This document shows positions 17,550 through 30,395 of a DNA stretch of 64,000 nt, in pieces. How positions within the stretch are numbered: position 1 is the stretch's first letter; each line of letters begins with the position of its first letter. The position numbers and the translations under genes are program-made. This DNA comes from Eledone cirrhosa (Eukaryota). The notes under the pieces were generated by a model that made no database searches, was not told the DNA's origin, and worked only from the letters and a program-made list of their open reading frames with translations. The DNA lies in the NCBI GenBank assembly GCA_964016885.1, contig OZ024740.1:77810001-77874000 (forward strand), read 5' to 3'.

Positions 17550-18105
17550 ATTATAATGGAATATAAAGGAAAAACGAACACAGATATATACATATAAGTG
17601 TTCAAATCGCAAGGGACCAGATTCGCTAAGGTGAAAAGAATACTAACTATAGACAATAGGGTTTGCCTGACTCAATATATTCGGCTCCGTTAATTTGTTG
17701 AGCTAATTGAAATGTCGAATAAACCTGGCTGCTATTTTTAGTGGTGTAAGTTTGTGAGACGCGCTAAGTTCGGATACCACGTGCGTTATTTATATAAGCA
17801 CAATATTCAGTTTCTTAATATACTTAGAAGTGTCTAGGATACTAATTCTTCACCCACTGATGAGCATGAATTGGCATTCCTGTTCACAATTAATATTGCG
17901 AAACAGCATTACCAAAAGCTGTCTAGGTGATTGGTAGTTACCCCAATTCCGGTTTGGATCTATTTTCTTGCTTTATTCTTAAATTGAGTCAGGCAACCCC
18001 TATTATCTATAGTTAGTATTCTTTTCACCTTAGCGAATCTGGTCCCTTGCGATTTGAACACATATATGTATATGTCTGTGTTCGTTTTTCTTTTATATTC
18101 AATTA
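17550..18105. mobile_element. Element with ~125-bp inverted arms (17550-17675 / 17983-18105) enclosing an HHR
   Basis: Arms are reverse complements; a third arm copy lies at 20850-21000; the right end abuts (TA)n. Confidence 0.8.
17850..17930 (+). ncRNA. Type I hammerhead ribozyme with full helix III (family E)
   Basis: TCACCCA-CTGATGA(17857)-GCA...TGC-GAAA-CAGC-loop-GCTG-TC-TAGGTGA; GUC site, cleavage expected after 17923. Confidence 0.85.
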
Positions 18106-18132
18106 TATATATATATATATATATGCATGTGA

Positions 18133-18166
<34 letters not shown>

Positions 18167-18525
18167 ATACGTATACACACATACATACAGATTACCTGCA
18201 GACAATCGCCAAAGGACAACGCCTATTTCCCAGTGGTGTTTCAATGAAATCATCGTTAAAGCAGGCGTTCTGATGACAAAATTGGGTTTCTTCCTTCAAA
18301 AACCTTATTTAACTTCATCGTTTACTCACCGCACCTCTAATCACAATACAACTACTGCTTCATGGCCTGTCTTCTAAAACTACTGCCTTTTCCTCCTTCA
18401 ATTTTGTTTTCGATAATTTGTAGTTTATTTATAGGACATGGTGCAAACGTGCTATATCTTGTGTGTGTATGTCTGTGTGTTTGTAAGTTGGCAGTAATTC
18501 GATTCAACTGAACTCGTTGACTAGT

Positions 18526-18603
<78 letters not shown>

Positions 18604-18623
18604 AGTAGTTTCACAACAGTTAG

Positions 18624-18684
18624 TTCACCATACCGAGAATTAAATGTTTCACCTTATGTGGATCTTCAGCTCGGTCTGAGTGAA
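18624..18684 (-). ncRNA. Type I HHR motif (family F)
   Basis: Minus strand: TTCACTCAGACCGAG-CTGAAGA-TCCACATAAGGT-GAAA-CATTTAA-TT-CTCGGTATGGTGAA. The sister fragment at 19383-19420 has palindromic helix III ACAATTGT; family tails at 8982-9072 and 19300-19420. Confidence 0.65.
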
Positions 18685-18727
18685 GTTGTACGGAAAAGGA
18701 ATATATATATATATAATCATCAGGAAA

Positions 18728-18776
18728 GCTTCCTGGTGATTTCCTTCGAATGAAACAGTTCAAGTCCTGTAGAAGC
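18728..18776 (+). ncRNA. Type I HHR motif (family G), core mutated to CTGGTGA
   Basis: GCTTC-CTGGTGA-TTTC..GAAT-GAAA-CAG...CTG-TA-GAAGC; the tiny upstream fold-back (18718-18727) reads CTGATGA on the other strand; inverted relative at 19165-19280. Confidence 0.65.
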
Positions 18777-18859
18777 CATTTCTATATCAAAAATGTATAC
18801 TCTGTTATACATTGAGTACCTTACTTACTGTGGTTACCCCCGATTAAACCCGGGATACA

Positions 18860-18931
<72 letters not shown>

Positions 18932-19118
18932 GTATAAGATTGGGAAAATAAAGAGAGGACAACGAACAAAACAAGGTATATCGAAAAACCTTTTTGTAAA
19001 TAAAAAGACAAACGAAAGACACACAACTCTAAAGTCTTCAGCCGTCGAGATGAACTTTCGACCTCTACCGACGGTACTGTTGGTCCACCGGGGTCACAGC
19101 GTCTGACACAAGCTCTCC

Positions 19119-19166
<48 letters not shown>

Positions 19167-19551
19167 GTTATTCCGGGTTGAATCGGAGGTAACCACAGTA
19201 AGTAAGGTACTCAATACATTGCAGAGTATAAAAGTTTTAATATAGATGAGATTCTACAGGACTAGAATTGTTTCATTAAAACTGTATATATATAGTAGTA
19301 GAACACTGGAAGGTAATAATATCCGTAGTGGTAGAGCACTCAGTCCATGGGACGACTTAGGTAGAAGTGGTTACACAACAGTTAGTTCACCATACCGAGA
19401 ACAATTGTTTCATCTTAGTGATATATATATATAGGAAAATGTTTAACCCCGTCTCGGGGTTAAACATTTTCCTATTACCCACTCTACTACCCTAAGTATT
19501 GAGTACTCTGGTGCGTTATGGTCCATCTGGTTCCTTACCACACTTCCTTCG

Positions 19552-19613
<62 letters not shown>

Positions 19614-19652
19614 ATATTAAATAAATGGAAACTATATTTATAAAACCATATT

Positions 19653-19716
19653 TATTTTATTATATATATTTCAAGGGTACCAAGACAACATTGGTACGCT
19701 TTCATCAGATAAAATA
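19653..19716 (-). ncRNA. Type I HHR motif (family B), within element 19610-19885
   Basis: Stem I TATTTTAT/ATAAAATA; CTGATGA; stem II AAGCGTACCAA/TTGGTACCCTT; GAAA; helix III ATATATAT. Confidence 0.85.
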
Positions 19717-20072
19717 CAAAGTTTGTTTTATAAATAGAGACATACCCATGAAAATCATACCTTATCGGTTGGAAATTCACTGGATAGTGGAAATATATTA
19801 GGGATTATTCAAACTTATGCGTGAATATCCAAATAAATATGTAAATAATTGAAAAACAACCGTTTATTTAAATGACACTGGAGAAAGAGAGAGATAAAAA
19901 ATATAAAGGGATAAAGATAAACAATATTACGAGAGAGATAGAGAGAAGAAATAGACATAAAACGTTAATTTGGGGAAAATATATTCTAAGTATATATCTA
20001 ATAGTACGTGTATTTACGATTATTAGTTGTTTAAAATCCGTTTCTAATATAATATTTTCTGTTATAAGTAGA

Positions 20073-20107
<35 letters not shown>

Positions 20108-20256
20108 ATAGATAAATCAATGAATAGATGGGTATATCATGTTATAGATGATTGTTTTAATGAGTTATGAGGGATATAGGTTTTGTATTTAATGTAAGTA
20201 AATAAATTTAAGTTTCTCGGACTAAATACCACTTCTACTTATATATAACACTTCTA

Positions 20257-20310
<54 letters not shown>

Positions 20311-20367
20311 AGGAAGGTATACGATGCTGACGATAGCTAATAAGCTTGAAACTAGTACATCGTTCCT
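20311..20367 (+). ncRNA. Minimal type I HHR (family H)
   Basis: ACGATG-CTGACGA(20327)-TAGCT-AATA-AGCTT-GAAA-CTAG-TA-CATCGT; palindromic ACTAGT helix III; stem I extension AGGA/TCCT; starts right after (TA)n. Confidence 0.85.
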
Positions 20368-20639
20368 GTGTCAGTGTTGAACAGAAAGGCGACGATGGTT
20401 GCCTGAACACTTTACGGCGTAATTCGGGCTGTTTGTTTGTTTACAAACAAACCGAACATTATAATAAATGTTCGGTAAACCCATACGTACATATATATAT
20501 AGGTGTGCATGTATGTATATATATACATACTACTCTACGTCTGTATACATATATGTATGTACGTATACATACATACTTACATTTAAGTATCAGTCGTACT
20601 AAGAGTGAGAAATGAAATTTCGTTTCATTATTTTCCATT

Positions 20640-20679
<40 letters not shown>

Positions 20680-20746
20680 AACCGGAATATATATATATAT
20701 ATATATATATATTCAAATGGAAAAGAATGAAACGAAATACAAACCG

Positions 20747-20826
<80 letters not shown>

Positions 20827-21016
20827 ATTTATTTGTATTTATGTTTGTATTTATTTTCTTGATTTATTCTTAAATTGAGCCCTGGCAAACCCTATTTTCT
20901 ATAGTTAGTATTCTTTTCACCTTAGCGAATACGGTCCCTTACGATTTGAACACATATATGTATATATCTGTGTTCGTTTTTCTTTTATATTCAATTATAA
21001 TATATTATATATATAT

Positions 21017-21197
21017 AACGAAGGAAGTGTGGTAAGGAACCAGGTGGACCAGAACGCACCAGACTACTCAATACTTAGGGTAGTAGAGTGGGTAATAGGA
21101 AAATGTTAAAGACCCTGACGGCAGAGCTCAAGCCGTTTCGACGGCTATTTCTGGACTAAAATTGAGCTCTGCAGTCGGGGTCTTGAACATTTTCCTA
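21017..21197 (-). mobile_element. Family X element with short inverted copy
   Basis: Same sequence as 6626-6773 in reverse; flanked by (TA)n on both sides. Confidence 0.8.
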
Positions 21198-21220
21198 TAT
21201 ATATATATATATATACATAT

Positions 21221-21546
21221 ATATTAAAATACAAATATTAATAAAATAGATGTTCTTGTGATCAATTTAATTTTATTATACATATTTCAGAGCTACAACA
21301 GTACGTCCTCATCAGATAAAATAAAATGATACATGACATACCCTGAGATGTTAAATGGTTAAGATTTAATCAAGGTAGTACCTTTAATCTACCTTGATTA
21401 AATCTTAACCATTTAACATCTCAGGGTATGTCATGTATCATTTTATTTTATCTGATGAGGACGTACTGTTGTAGCTCTGAAATATGTATAATAAAATTTA
21501 ATTGATCACAAGAACATCTATTTTATTAATATTTGTATTTTAATAT
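21221..21546. repeat. Near-perfect palindrome (~158-bp arms, 10-nt spacer 21379-21388) with one HHR per arm
   Basis: Arms are reverse complements; HHRs at 21270-21322 (-) and 21445-21497 (+). Confidence 0.92.
21445..21497 (+). ncRNA. Type I HHR motif (family I)
   Basis: ATTTTAT-CTGATGA(21452)-GGACGTAC-TGTT-GTAGCTCT-GAAA-T-ATGT-ATA-ATAAAAT; stem II is imperfect. Confidence 0.7.
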
Positions 21547-21637
21547 TAATAATTCTGGAAAAAATATTAACTGTAGAGTGCTTCCAATCTACTGTAAAAC
21601 TCATTCTTTGATGTACTCATTGAATCTTGTTTAACTC

Positions 21638-21678
<41 letters not shown>

Positions 21679-21812
21679 AAAAGAAAGTGCGCAAGCGCAT
21701 AAAGGCTATAGAAGTACCTTATAAAATATGGTGAAGACCCTTAAAAGACGGACATTGTTTGTTTAAATACGGATGTCTATCTGTCGGTCTCCCTGCCTGC
21801 TGAAATCTGAAA

Positions 21813-21886
21813 GATGTTGTCCAGTTATCTAGTTAAAACGTCTAGCCGGTATCTGGAAGATATGGGGTTCAATTCCTCATAGCACC
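21813..21886 (+). other. tRNA-like sequence (pseudo-tRNA or SINE head, GGT at the anticodon position)
   Basis: Acceptor GATGTTG/TAGCACC, anticodon arm TCTAG-CCGGTAT-CTGGA, T-arm TGGGG-TTCAATT-CCTCA; D-arm is poor. Confidence 0.55.
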
Positions 21887-22452
21887 GATGGCAACTTTTT
21901 TCCGTCTTTTAAGGGTCTTCACCCTATTTTATAAGCTATCTTTATAGCATTTCTGTGCTTGAGCATATTCTTTATACTTATCGGGGGTTACCTCCCTTGG
22001 AGAAAACCACGTGTCTGTGGCGACATTTAAAGCTACAACATACCCGCTCAGACTAAGAACAAAAGACCTGCTGAAGAAGGAAATCCTATGTTCTGTCGTC
22101 AAAAACCATTATATTGCAGACTCCTGCAATCGGAATTTGTCGATCTTGGATTTGCAGAAACTTAGTTGTTTGCTGTATATGATGTATATTGTTGATATAC
22201 GATGTAAGTTATATATTTTGCACTCAGCCTCACCGCTCTGTCCGGGTCAGTATAAAATCTTTTCCTGGGTCCTGTATTTTCGTTGCTCTAGTGATGCGGC
22301 TGGACTGCCGACCGCTATAGCTGATTTGCTAAGCTGTCTGAACGTAATGTTATTATTCTGTGGTCCTTGCTCATCCGAGTGCTAAAGCTACTGACAGATT
22401 ATGCATTCGCTAACTTGGCCGTGTTCTAAAGCTTCGTCAATGCTGTACTAAA

Positions 22453-22510
<58 letters not shown>

Positions 22511-22709
22511 ATAATATGAAATAATAATAATATGAAATAATAATAATATGAAATAATAAAACATATGAAATAATACAGCCAATTTTCCACGCAATACTTT
22601 TAGTTAGCACCCGAACGTATAATTGGGAATATAATCACTTATTTCCTAATGTTTGTTGAGTGAGTTGGAATTTGGCCGGAGTATCGCTAAAAAGCTTTCT
22701 CCGATATTG

Positions 22710-22749
<40 letters not shown>

Positions 22750-22750
22750 G

Positions 22751-22807
<57 letters not shown>

Positions 22808-22994
22808 GCCTGCCCGCCCAGCCAGTGGGATGGCGTCATCGTACGGCTAAAACAGCACGTGCTGTGACCAGCGGCGCCGAATGGCGTCCGACAGACTGGT
22901 CAGTCAAGGTGATCAAGGTGATATATATATATATATATTCTCAGCGCTGCAAAAGCGGAAAATTCGGCTCCGTGAATTGTTTGTATATATATAT

Positions 22995-23361
22995 ACAATG
23001 TACCCACGACATTCGCAGTCCTGACATTCACGGTTCTAACATTTGCGATCTCGGTTATTCGCGGAATTTTCCTTAGAACCTTACTAATAATTGTTCGTTT
23101 GAAACCACCGCGTATTCGCGGAATCGTAAATATTTTCCACGATATTTTTATGGCTTTTTTCGTGGAAATATATATATATCTTTTTAACGCTAAATTATTA
23201 ATATCAATATACCGTATTTACCGGCCTATTGGACGCCCCTTCGCATAAGAATCTCCCTCTTTTTTATTATATTTTACGTTATATTTTGACGTTTATAGGC
23301 ATTTTTATGGACCACGTCCAACATTCGTGGTTTTCCACACTTTTCGAGTGCTCTATGACAA

Positions 23362-23368
<7 letters not shown>
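22995..23368. mobile_element. Degenerate Tigger/pogo-like MITE
   Basis: TA-CA(A)TGTACCC-like start, repeated ATTCGCGG subterminal motifs, and a nested TACCGTATTTACCGGCCTAT pogo-like end near 23209. Confidence 0.5.
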
Positions 23369-23400
<32 letters not shown>

Positions 23401-23754
23401 ATCACTGATGAAGGACTAACTTTATTCATATGTAACCCATTAGCAACCACGCAGCACGTTTATTCTCATATTTACACATATTTTTTTCCCCGCTATAACC
23501 CGTCTATTTCGTTCTTACTGCTTCCTCTTTCTCTGTATCTTTACCCTCTCTAGCAGTCACTCTCTCTGTTAGCCTCTTCCTCACTTTTCGTTGCTTCACC
23601 ATCTTTGTTTGTTTACACTCCCGTGTCCCCTTTATTTACGTGTCCCAACGACTTTTTTTAGCCGTTGCTCGCACCAACCGGAGGTATATGGTCTTTAAAG
23701 CGATGAAATACCAATGATGGTTGGAAGATCACTGATGAAGGACTAACTTTATTC

Positions 23755-23802
<48 letters not shown>

Positions 23803-23897
23803 ATACATACATAGTTGAAGAAATAAAACAAAACAAACATAGGGATGCAAAAATAAAAAGACTTATTAGGAACACGCTTAGGAGGACGTGGAGGAGG

Positions 23898-23933
23898 TTT
23901 CGGTGTTTCGGACGGAAATCCTTCGTCAGGAAA
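23898..23933 (-). ncRNA. HHR-like ultra-minimal motif (family O)
   Basis: TTTC-CTGACGA-A-GGA..TCC-GAAA-CACC-GAAA; no canonical UH site. Confidence 0.4.
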
Positions 23934-24279
23934 TGGAGAATTCGGATACGTGTATGAAAGATTGGAAAAGGTTGTTAAGGAAGATGGATGTGGTCCGACA
24001 TTCGGGTGTGGGAGCCGAAATGGAGGGTCCAGGTGTGTCATGGGTGTGGTTGTGTGTGTACCGATGGGGTGAAATTGCTAGGTGTACATTATGGCATCCG
24101 TTTATGTGTGTACACGTGCGTGTCTCTGAGTCTTATATTGTTGGTGTGTGTGCGTATATGTCTGTGAGTTCTTTGTTGTTTTGTGCATATGCCTGCGCGT
24201 GAGTGTAACTTTTTTCTATTGTTTCTTTACATGTGAGTATGTATGCTTGTGTGCGTGTGTGTGAATATTTTCACTCGTC

Positions 24280-24414
<135 letters not shown>

Positions 24415-24504
24415 CGTGTGTGTAAAAAGTAATAACAAAGCAACCGATACAGTATTGACATTGAAGGAATATATTAGTTTAACGCTTGAATAATCAGTAA
24501 AAGA

Positions 24505-24545
24505 GTTTTAACGTTTCGGACGTTAGTCTATCATCAGAAGTTAGA
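24505..24545 (-). ncRNA. HHR-like minimal motif (family O)
   Basis: CTGATGA-TAGAC-TAAC-GTCC-GAAA-CGTT with palindromic AACGTT; stem I is weak. Confidence 0.45.
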
Positions 24546-24698
24546 ATTAGAAATAAAAGGTAAAATAGTCATGTAAAGAGGGAGAAGAAGAAAGAACAGA
24601 AAAAAATAAATAAACACACGTGCGTATTCTGTCAGCCATTTTGGAGATGTATGTAGATATGTGCGCAGTATGGGTGTTTTACAATAGTTCTTTTGTAA

Positions 24699-24753
<55 letters not shown>

Positions 24754-24767
24754 CGTGTGTGTGTGTG

Positions 24768-24824
<57 letters not shown>

Positions 24825-24831
24825 TATATAT

Positions 24832-24900
<69 letters not shown>

Positions 24901-24914
24901 TATATATATATAAG

Positions 24915-24951
<37 letters not shown>

Positions 24952-25295
24952 ACACTCATACACGTACACACGTGTAGCTAGTCACAGATATGATATTCCC
25001 CCAAATACCAAACTAACAGGTGTGTCGACTTAGTTCCGTTTGTACTACGACGTTCTGTGAATATTTCTCACGTCTTATAGAATATTATTTATATAATATG
25101 AACAAGTGGAGTGAACTCAATGGAAAAGAAGTTTCTTTTGTGGTCTTTATGCATATATCGGTATTTATGTATGCAGAGGCGTAATGTTCTTCACCACATC
25201 GCTATTTCGGGAAAAAACAGTGGGGAAATTTCGGACAAAACAGGAAGAGAAAGTATAAAGATTAACAAATTAACAATGATAGCAAACTAACAGCT

Positions 25296-25335
<40 letters not shown>

Positions 25336-25508
25336 AAAAGATAACAAGGACGATTGGTTACTCCTATATATATATATATATAAGCAAAAGGGATATTCAA
25401 TTTGTTGGTAATTCAACAAATATAAATGTTTATAACTGATTCAAAGCACTCGAACCGTTAAGGTATTATTTTTTTCTGGTTATGTCAATATTTATAAAAC
25501 AAACTTTG

Positions 25509-25569
25509 TATTTTATCTGATGAGAGCGTACCAAAGTTTTGGTACCCTTGAAATATATATAATAGAATA
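25509..25569 (+). ncRNA. Type I HHR motif (family B), within element 25395-25615
   Basis: TATTTTAT-CTGATGA(25517)-GAGCGTACCAAA-GT-TTTGGTACCCTT-GAAA-T-ATAT-ATA-ATAGAATA. Confidence 0.85.
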
Positions 25570-25608
25570 AATATGGTTTTATAAATATAGTTTCCATTTA
25601 TTTAATAT

Positions 25609-25660
<52 letters not shown>

Positions 25661-25697
25661 CTAATGAATGAAACAGTTCTAGTCTTGTAGAATCTCA

Positions 25698-25732
<35 letters not shown>

Positions 25733-25734
25733 TG

Positions 25735-25772
<38 letters not shown>

Positions 25773-25866
25773 CGTGTGTGTGTGCGTGTGTGTGCGTGTG
25801 TGTGTGTGTGTGCGTGTGTGTGCGTGTGTGTGTGTGTGTGTGTATGTGTGTGTGTGTGTGTGCGTG

Positions 25867-25898
<32 letters not shown>

Positions 25899-25902
25899 CG
25901 TG

Positions 25903-25945
<43 letters not shown>

Positions 25946-26227
25946 GTGTGTGTTAGGGTGGCCCTTATTTTTCAACTTTCTAAAAGTTTAGCTCCCTCCC
26001 CTATCTTATTTCAACTAATAAAACACCCATCCATGCAAAATTTTAGTTCAAGCGGACAAATGCAAGGCGACCCTCATCACCGTAATATTTTGAAGCTTTC
26101 GTCCGGAAAGTCATTTATTTATTCAGATAAAAAAATGTTGAGTATTCTGTATTGAGTAATATATATATACGTATACACATATATAGATATATGTGTGTGT
26201 ATATATATATATGTATATATATATATG

Positions 26228-26414
<187 letters not shown>

Positions 26415-26438
26415 CATACATACATACATACATACATC

Positions 26439-26491
<53 letters not shown>

Positions 26492-26503
26492 TATATATAT
26501 ATA

Positions 26504-26598
<95 letters not shown>

Positions 26599-27093
26599 TT
26601 TGTGAAATGGGCGGTGGTTGAAATTCAAATGTGCACGGTTAAATGGTAGTAGACGTGGTCGGACTGACATGAAAATTTACACACCTATGTAAAAACTGCC
26701 AAGGAAGCAAATAGACGAGGTTTCAAATCTCTAACTTGAAAAATGTGGTCCCTGGGGCCCCAAAACTATCGCGTTCGGTGAGTTATTTCCCCCTGTTCTA
26801 ATACTTTTATCTTATTTACAATTTCATCAACGTTCTTTCGCTGTTAACATACAGTACCAATAATTTGAAAAATATTATTGAAAGTTTATTATAAAGAAGC
26901 AGTTTCAGGAAAAAGTGTAAACTATCATACAAACCTTCATAATATGCATTTTTAAACTTGCATATCATCGACATTGCTATTTCGCTGTTAATAAACTATC
27001 ATCCTTCTACATTTAACGATCATACAGTACCGTTTTATGAAATAGATTCTGCAGTACGGTCACTGTTTTCCATCAAAAGAAATAAAACCCTCG

Positions 27094-27823
27094 GCGATAC
27101 TTGGTTTTAGTGTCCTAAATTATCCTCATCGACATTCAATTATTAGCTCCACCCACTACACGATACGTCACGAAGATAAAATGTTTCGAAAAAATGTTAA
27201 ACTGTATATCGAAACAATATATTGTTTAAAGAAAATTTTTTTCTGTTGTTAAAAACTGTAAATCTGTTTTAAAAAAATGTATTTCGCAGCAATTTTTTTT
27301 TCTGTTAAAAACTGTAAATAAATATTCATGTAAAAATGAGGCATAGTGTTTCGGTTAAATACATATTTTTTTAACAGATTTACAGTTTTAAACAACGAAA
27401 AAAAAATTCTTTAAACAATATATTGTTGCGATATACAGTTTAAAATTTTTTCGAAACATTTACCTTCGTGACGAATCGTGTGTTAAAAAAAAAATGTATT
27501 TCGCAGCAATTTTTTTTCTGTTAAAAACTGTAAATAAATATTCATGTAAAAATGAAGCATAGTTTTTCTGTGAAAAACTGTAAATAAATATTTATTTTGT
27601 TCAAAAAATAAATCAAAAATCTAATTTTCTCTGTTAATATTTTAATAAATATTTTTTCTAAAAATTCAATGTTTTTTTGTGTAAAAATGAAGCATGTAAG
27701 AAAATGAATATGTAAAAATCAAGGAGCAGCAGCTGATGACGTGTCGTGACGTATCGTGTAGTGGGTGGAGCTAATAATTGAATGTCAATGATGATAATTA
27801 GGACACTAAAACCAAGTATCGCC
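27094..27823. mobile_element. Fold-back/MITE-like element with ~78-bp terminal inverted repeats and nested internal repeats
   Basis: GGCGATACTTGGTTTTAGTGTCC... at 27094 and its reverse complement ending 27823; inner inverted pair ~27158-27285 / 27357-27481; TTAAAAACTGTAAAT repeats. Confidence 0.75.
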
Positions 27824-27926
27824 CTTTTAGCCCATAGAAATTAACTAGACAAATAATTATAATCTATGAAACGGAGCTAGGTCTAAAATATAAATTAGAA
27901 GAAAAAACTTTACCAAAATTCCTCTA

Positions 27927-28012
27927 GTCCCGACTGTCGACAGTTTCGTTCGCACTTTGTGGATATATCCGATCCTGGTATTATCCATGAGGCTTCGAGC
28001 TTATCAAGAGAC
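27927..28012 (-). ncRNA. Type I HHR with U3-A8 core (family J)
   Basis: Minus strand: GTCTC-TTGATAA-GCTCG...CGAAC-GAAA-CTGTCGACAG-TC-GGGAC; 12-nt palindromic helix III; GUC site. Confidence 0.8.
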
Positions 28013-28460
28013 CTCTCAGGTTTGGAGTAAAATTTCCACAGTGAACACCGCCAGAAATGAATTCAAAATGGCTAGTGGTCAAAGTAGAAGGTTGTAAATG
28101 GAGGCCAGGCGGCAGGTAGGCTGGCTGCTAAAAAACGCAGCCAGATACTGCCTAAAGTTTTACTCTACCGTGCGGGAGTATATATTAAATTCATAGGGAT
28201 ATATGTATATATTTAGACATATATTCAGACATAGTCACAGATACATATATGAGTGTGGCTACCTTTCACGGTGTGGCTCAATGAAAGATTTAATTAAGCA
28301 AATAATTATTAATCAGAGCTATATATAAAAATTACAAGTTTGAAGAATTATTAGATAAAATATATCCAGTCTTTCTTCACCCTAGTCCGTAGAAATCAAT
28401 ATATATATATACATACATATATACACACACATATATACAGATATATATATATATATATAA

Positions 28461-29041
28461 TATTATAAATCATGTCTACAGAATTATTAGATAAACAAAA
28501 TATATACTCCATTTCCTCTGCCAAACAGCACAATCAGCCATATAAAAAAATCAATTATACTAACCCATAAGGATAAAAGCTCCTATGAAGAAATCTCCGA
28601 CAAATAAACGAGAGTGGCTTCTTCGCGGTATCCACAGCAGGTTATTTATCCAACATTTCGACAGCATGCATAAATCGACCAAGTACATAATTAACCATAT
28701 ACAATTCGGTGTAAAATCAAACATAGAAGAACTGTGTACATACCGTAATATAGTTACGGTATGTACACAGTTCTTCTATGTTTGATTTTACACCGAATTG
28801 CATATGGTTAATTATGTACTTGGTCGATTTATGCATGCTGTCGAAATGTTGGATAAATAACCTGCTGTGGATACCGCGAAGAAGCCACTCTCGTTTATTT
28901 GTCGGAGATTTCTTCATAGGAGCTTTTATCCTTATGGGTTAGTATAATTGATTTTTTTATATGGCTGATTGTGCTGTTTGGCAGAGGAAATGGAGTATAT
29001 ATTTTGTTTATCTAATAATTCTGTAGACATGATTTATAATA
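28461..29041. repeat. Near-perfect 581-bp palindrome (288-bp arms, 5-nt loop 28749-28753)
   Basis: Mirror ORFs 28585-28785 (+) and 28717-28917 (-); one arm mismatch noticed; the left end abuts (TA)n. Confidence 0.95.
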
Positions 29042-29131
29042 ATATATTGCTCTGAGTATTTAATTTATTAATTCTTCATAGAGCTAAAAAGTGACCGGTT
29101 GTAACATATATAAATTTATGTATATGTAAAC

Positions 29132-29175
<44 letters not shown>

Positions 29176-29181
<6 letters not shown>

Positions 29182-29588
29182 TAGCGAGAATCGAATTTCA
29201 GCTCAGGAATTAACGAAAAACACTTCCGAGTTGTGTGGCAAGCGCTCGATAATTCATATGAATTAGTGCTACAACATACGTTAAAGGCCAAACACACTGA
29301 GATGGTGGTTAAACTAATCATCCGCACAGCTAAAAAAAAACGATCAAGCAATTCAGGTCAAACAAATAAAAATATATGTGATTGAAAATTTACCCGGACC
29401 CCTGGAGATGGTAAAATCCAGTATTTGGGTTTCTGCGGCTCCATAAATCAATTACTGTCCGCTTATATAAAGAATGTTAGGCTTCTGGTAAGATGACTGA
29501 ACAAGGAAGCCACTTTTTCAACGGGATTCTGCTCAAATGCTATACTCATCACAGTTTGTGATTAATTCCTGACCCCACGTCGGAGTTC

Positions 29589-29650
<62 letters not shown>

Positions 29651-30057
29651 AACTCCACGTCGGGGTCCAGTAATAATCACACTTATGTATAGCATTTGAG
29701 CAGAATCCCGTTGAAAAGTGGCTTCATTGTTCAGTCATCTTACCAGAAGCCTAACATTCTTTATATAAGCGGACAGTAATTGATTTATGGAGCCGCAGAA
29801 ACCACAAATACTGGATTTTACCATCTCCAGGGGTCGGGTAAATTTTCAATCACATATATTTTTATTGTTTGACCTGAATTGCTTGATCGTTTTTTTTTTA
29901 GCTGTAGCGGATGATTAGTTTAACCACCCATCTCAGTGTGTTGGGCCCTTTAACGTAGTGTAGCACTAATTCATATGAATTATCGAGCGCTTGCCACACA
30001 AACTCGGAAGTGTTTTTCGTTAATTCCTGAGCTGAAATTCGATTCTCGCTAATTTAT
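29176..30057. repeat. ~415-bp inverted repeat arms around a (TA)n spacer
   Basis: 29176-29593 is the reverse complement of 29645-30057 apart from scattered 1-nt indels; (TA)n on both outer sides. Confidence 0.9.
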
Positions 30058-30307
30058 ATATATATAAATATATTAAGAAACACACAGATACATGCGGACA
30101 CACACATATATACATGAATGCATCCGCACCCAACTGTGAGTTAAGGGTGCCAACTTCACCGATGTTGCTCAATGAATGACTGGGACAGACCAATTCAGTT
30201 TGAACCAGACTGAACCAGTATCAGAGTTAAAAATACATTATGAAGAGAGAAGAAACATTTAGATATAATTAGTAATAAAATGTATCATACCTAAACTGTT
30301 CCTAAAT

Positions 30308-30395
30308 TCCTCGACTACGTAGTTTCGTGGCATAAACAAAAACAATATATCAAAGATATAGAGTCCTTGCGAGGTCTGCCGACTTATCAAGAGGA
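30308..30395 (-). ncRNA. Type I HHR with U3-A8 core (family K), inverted copy
   Basis: Reverse complement of 30732-30819. Confidence 0.8.

Noticed and set aside
22066-22125. CTGAAGA as a possible HHR core
   Set aside because: No correctly placed GAAA and helix III.
27730-27745. CTGATGA next to a terminal inverted repeat (also CTGATG/CTGACGA at ~47485 and CTGATGA at ~18270)
   Set aside because: No stem II-GAAA-UH context.
28585-28917. Two near-identical 66-aa ORFs on opposite strands
   Set aside because: A consequence of the palindrome; no coding evidence.
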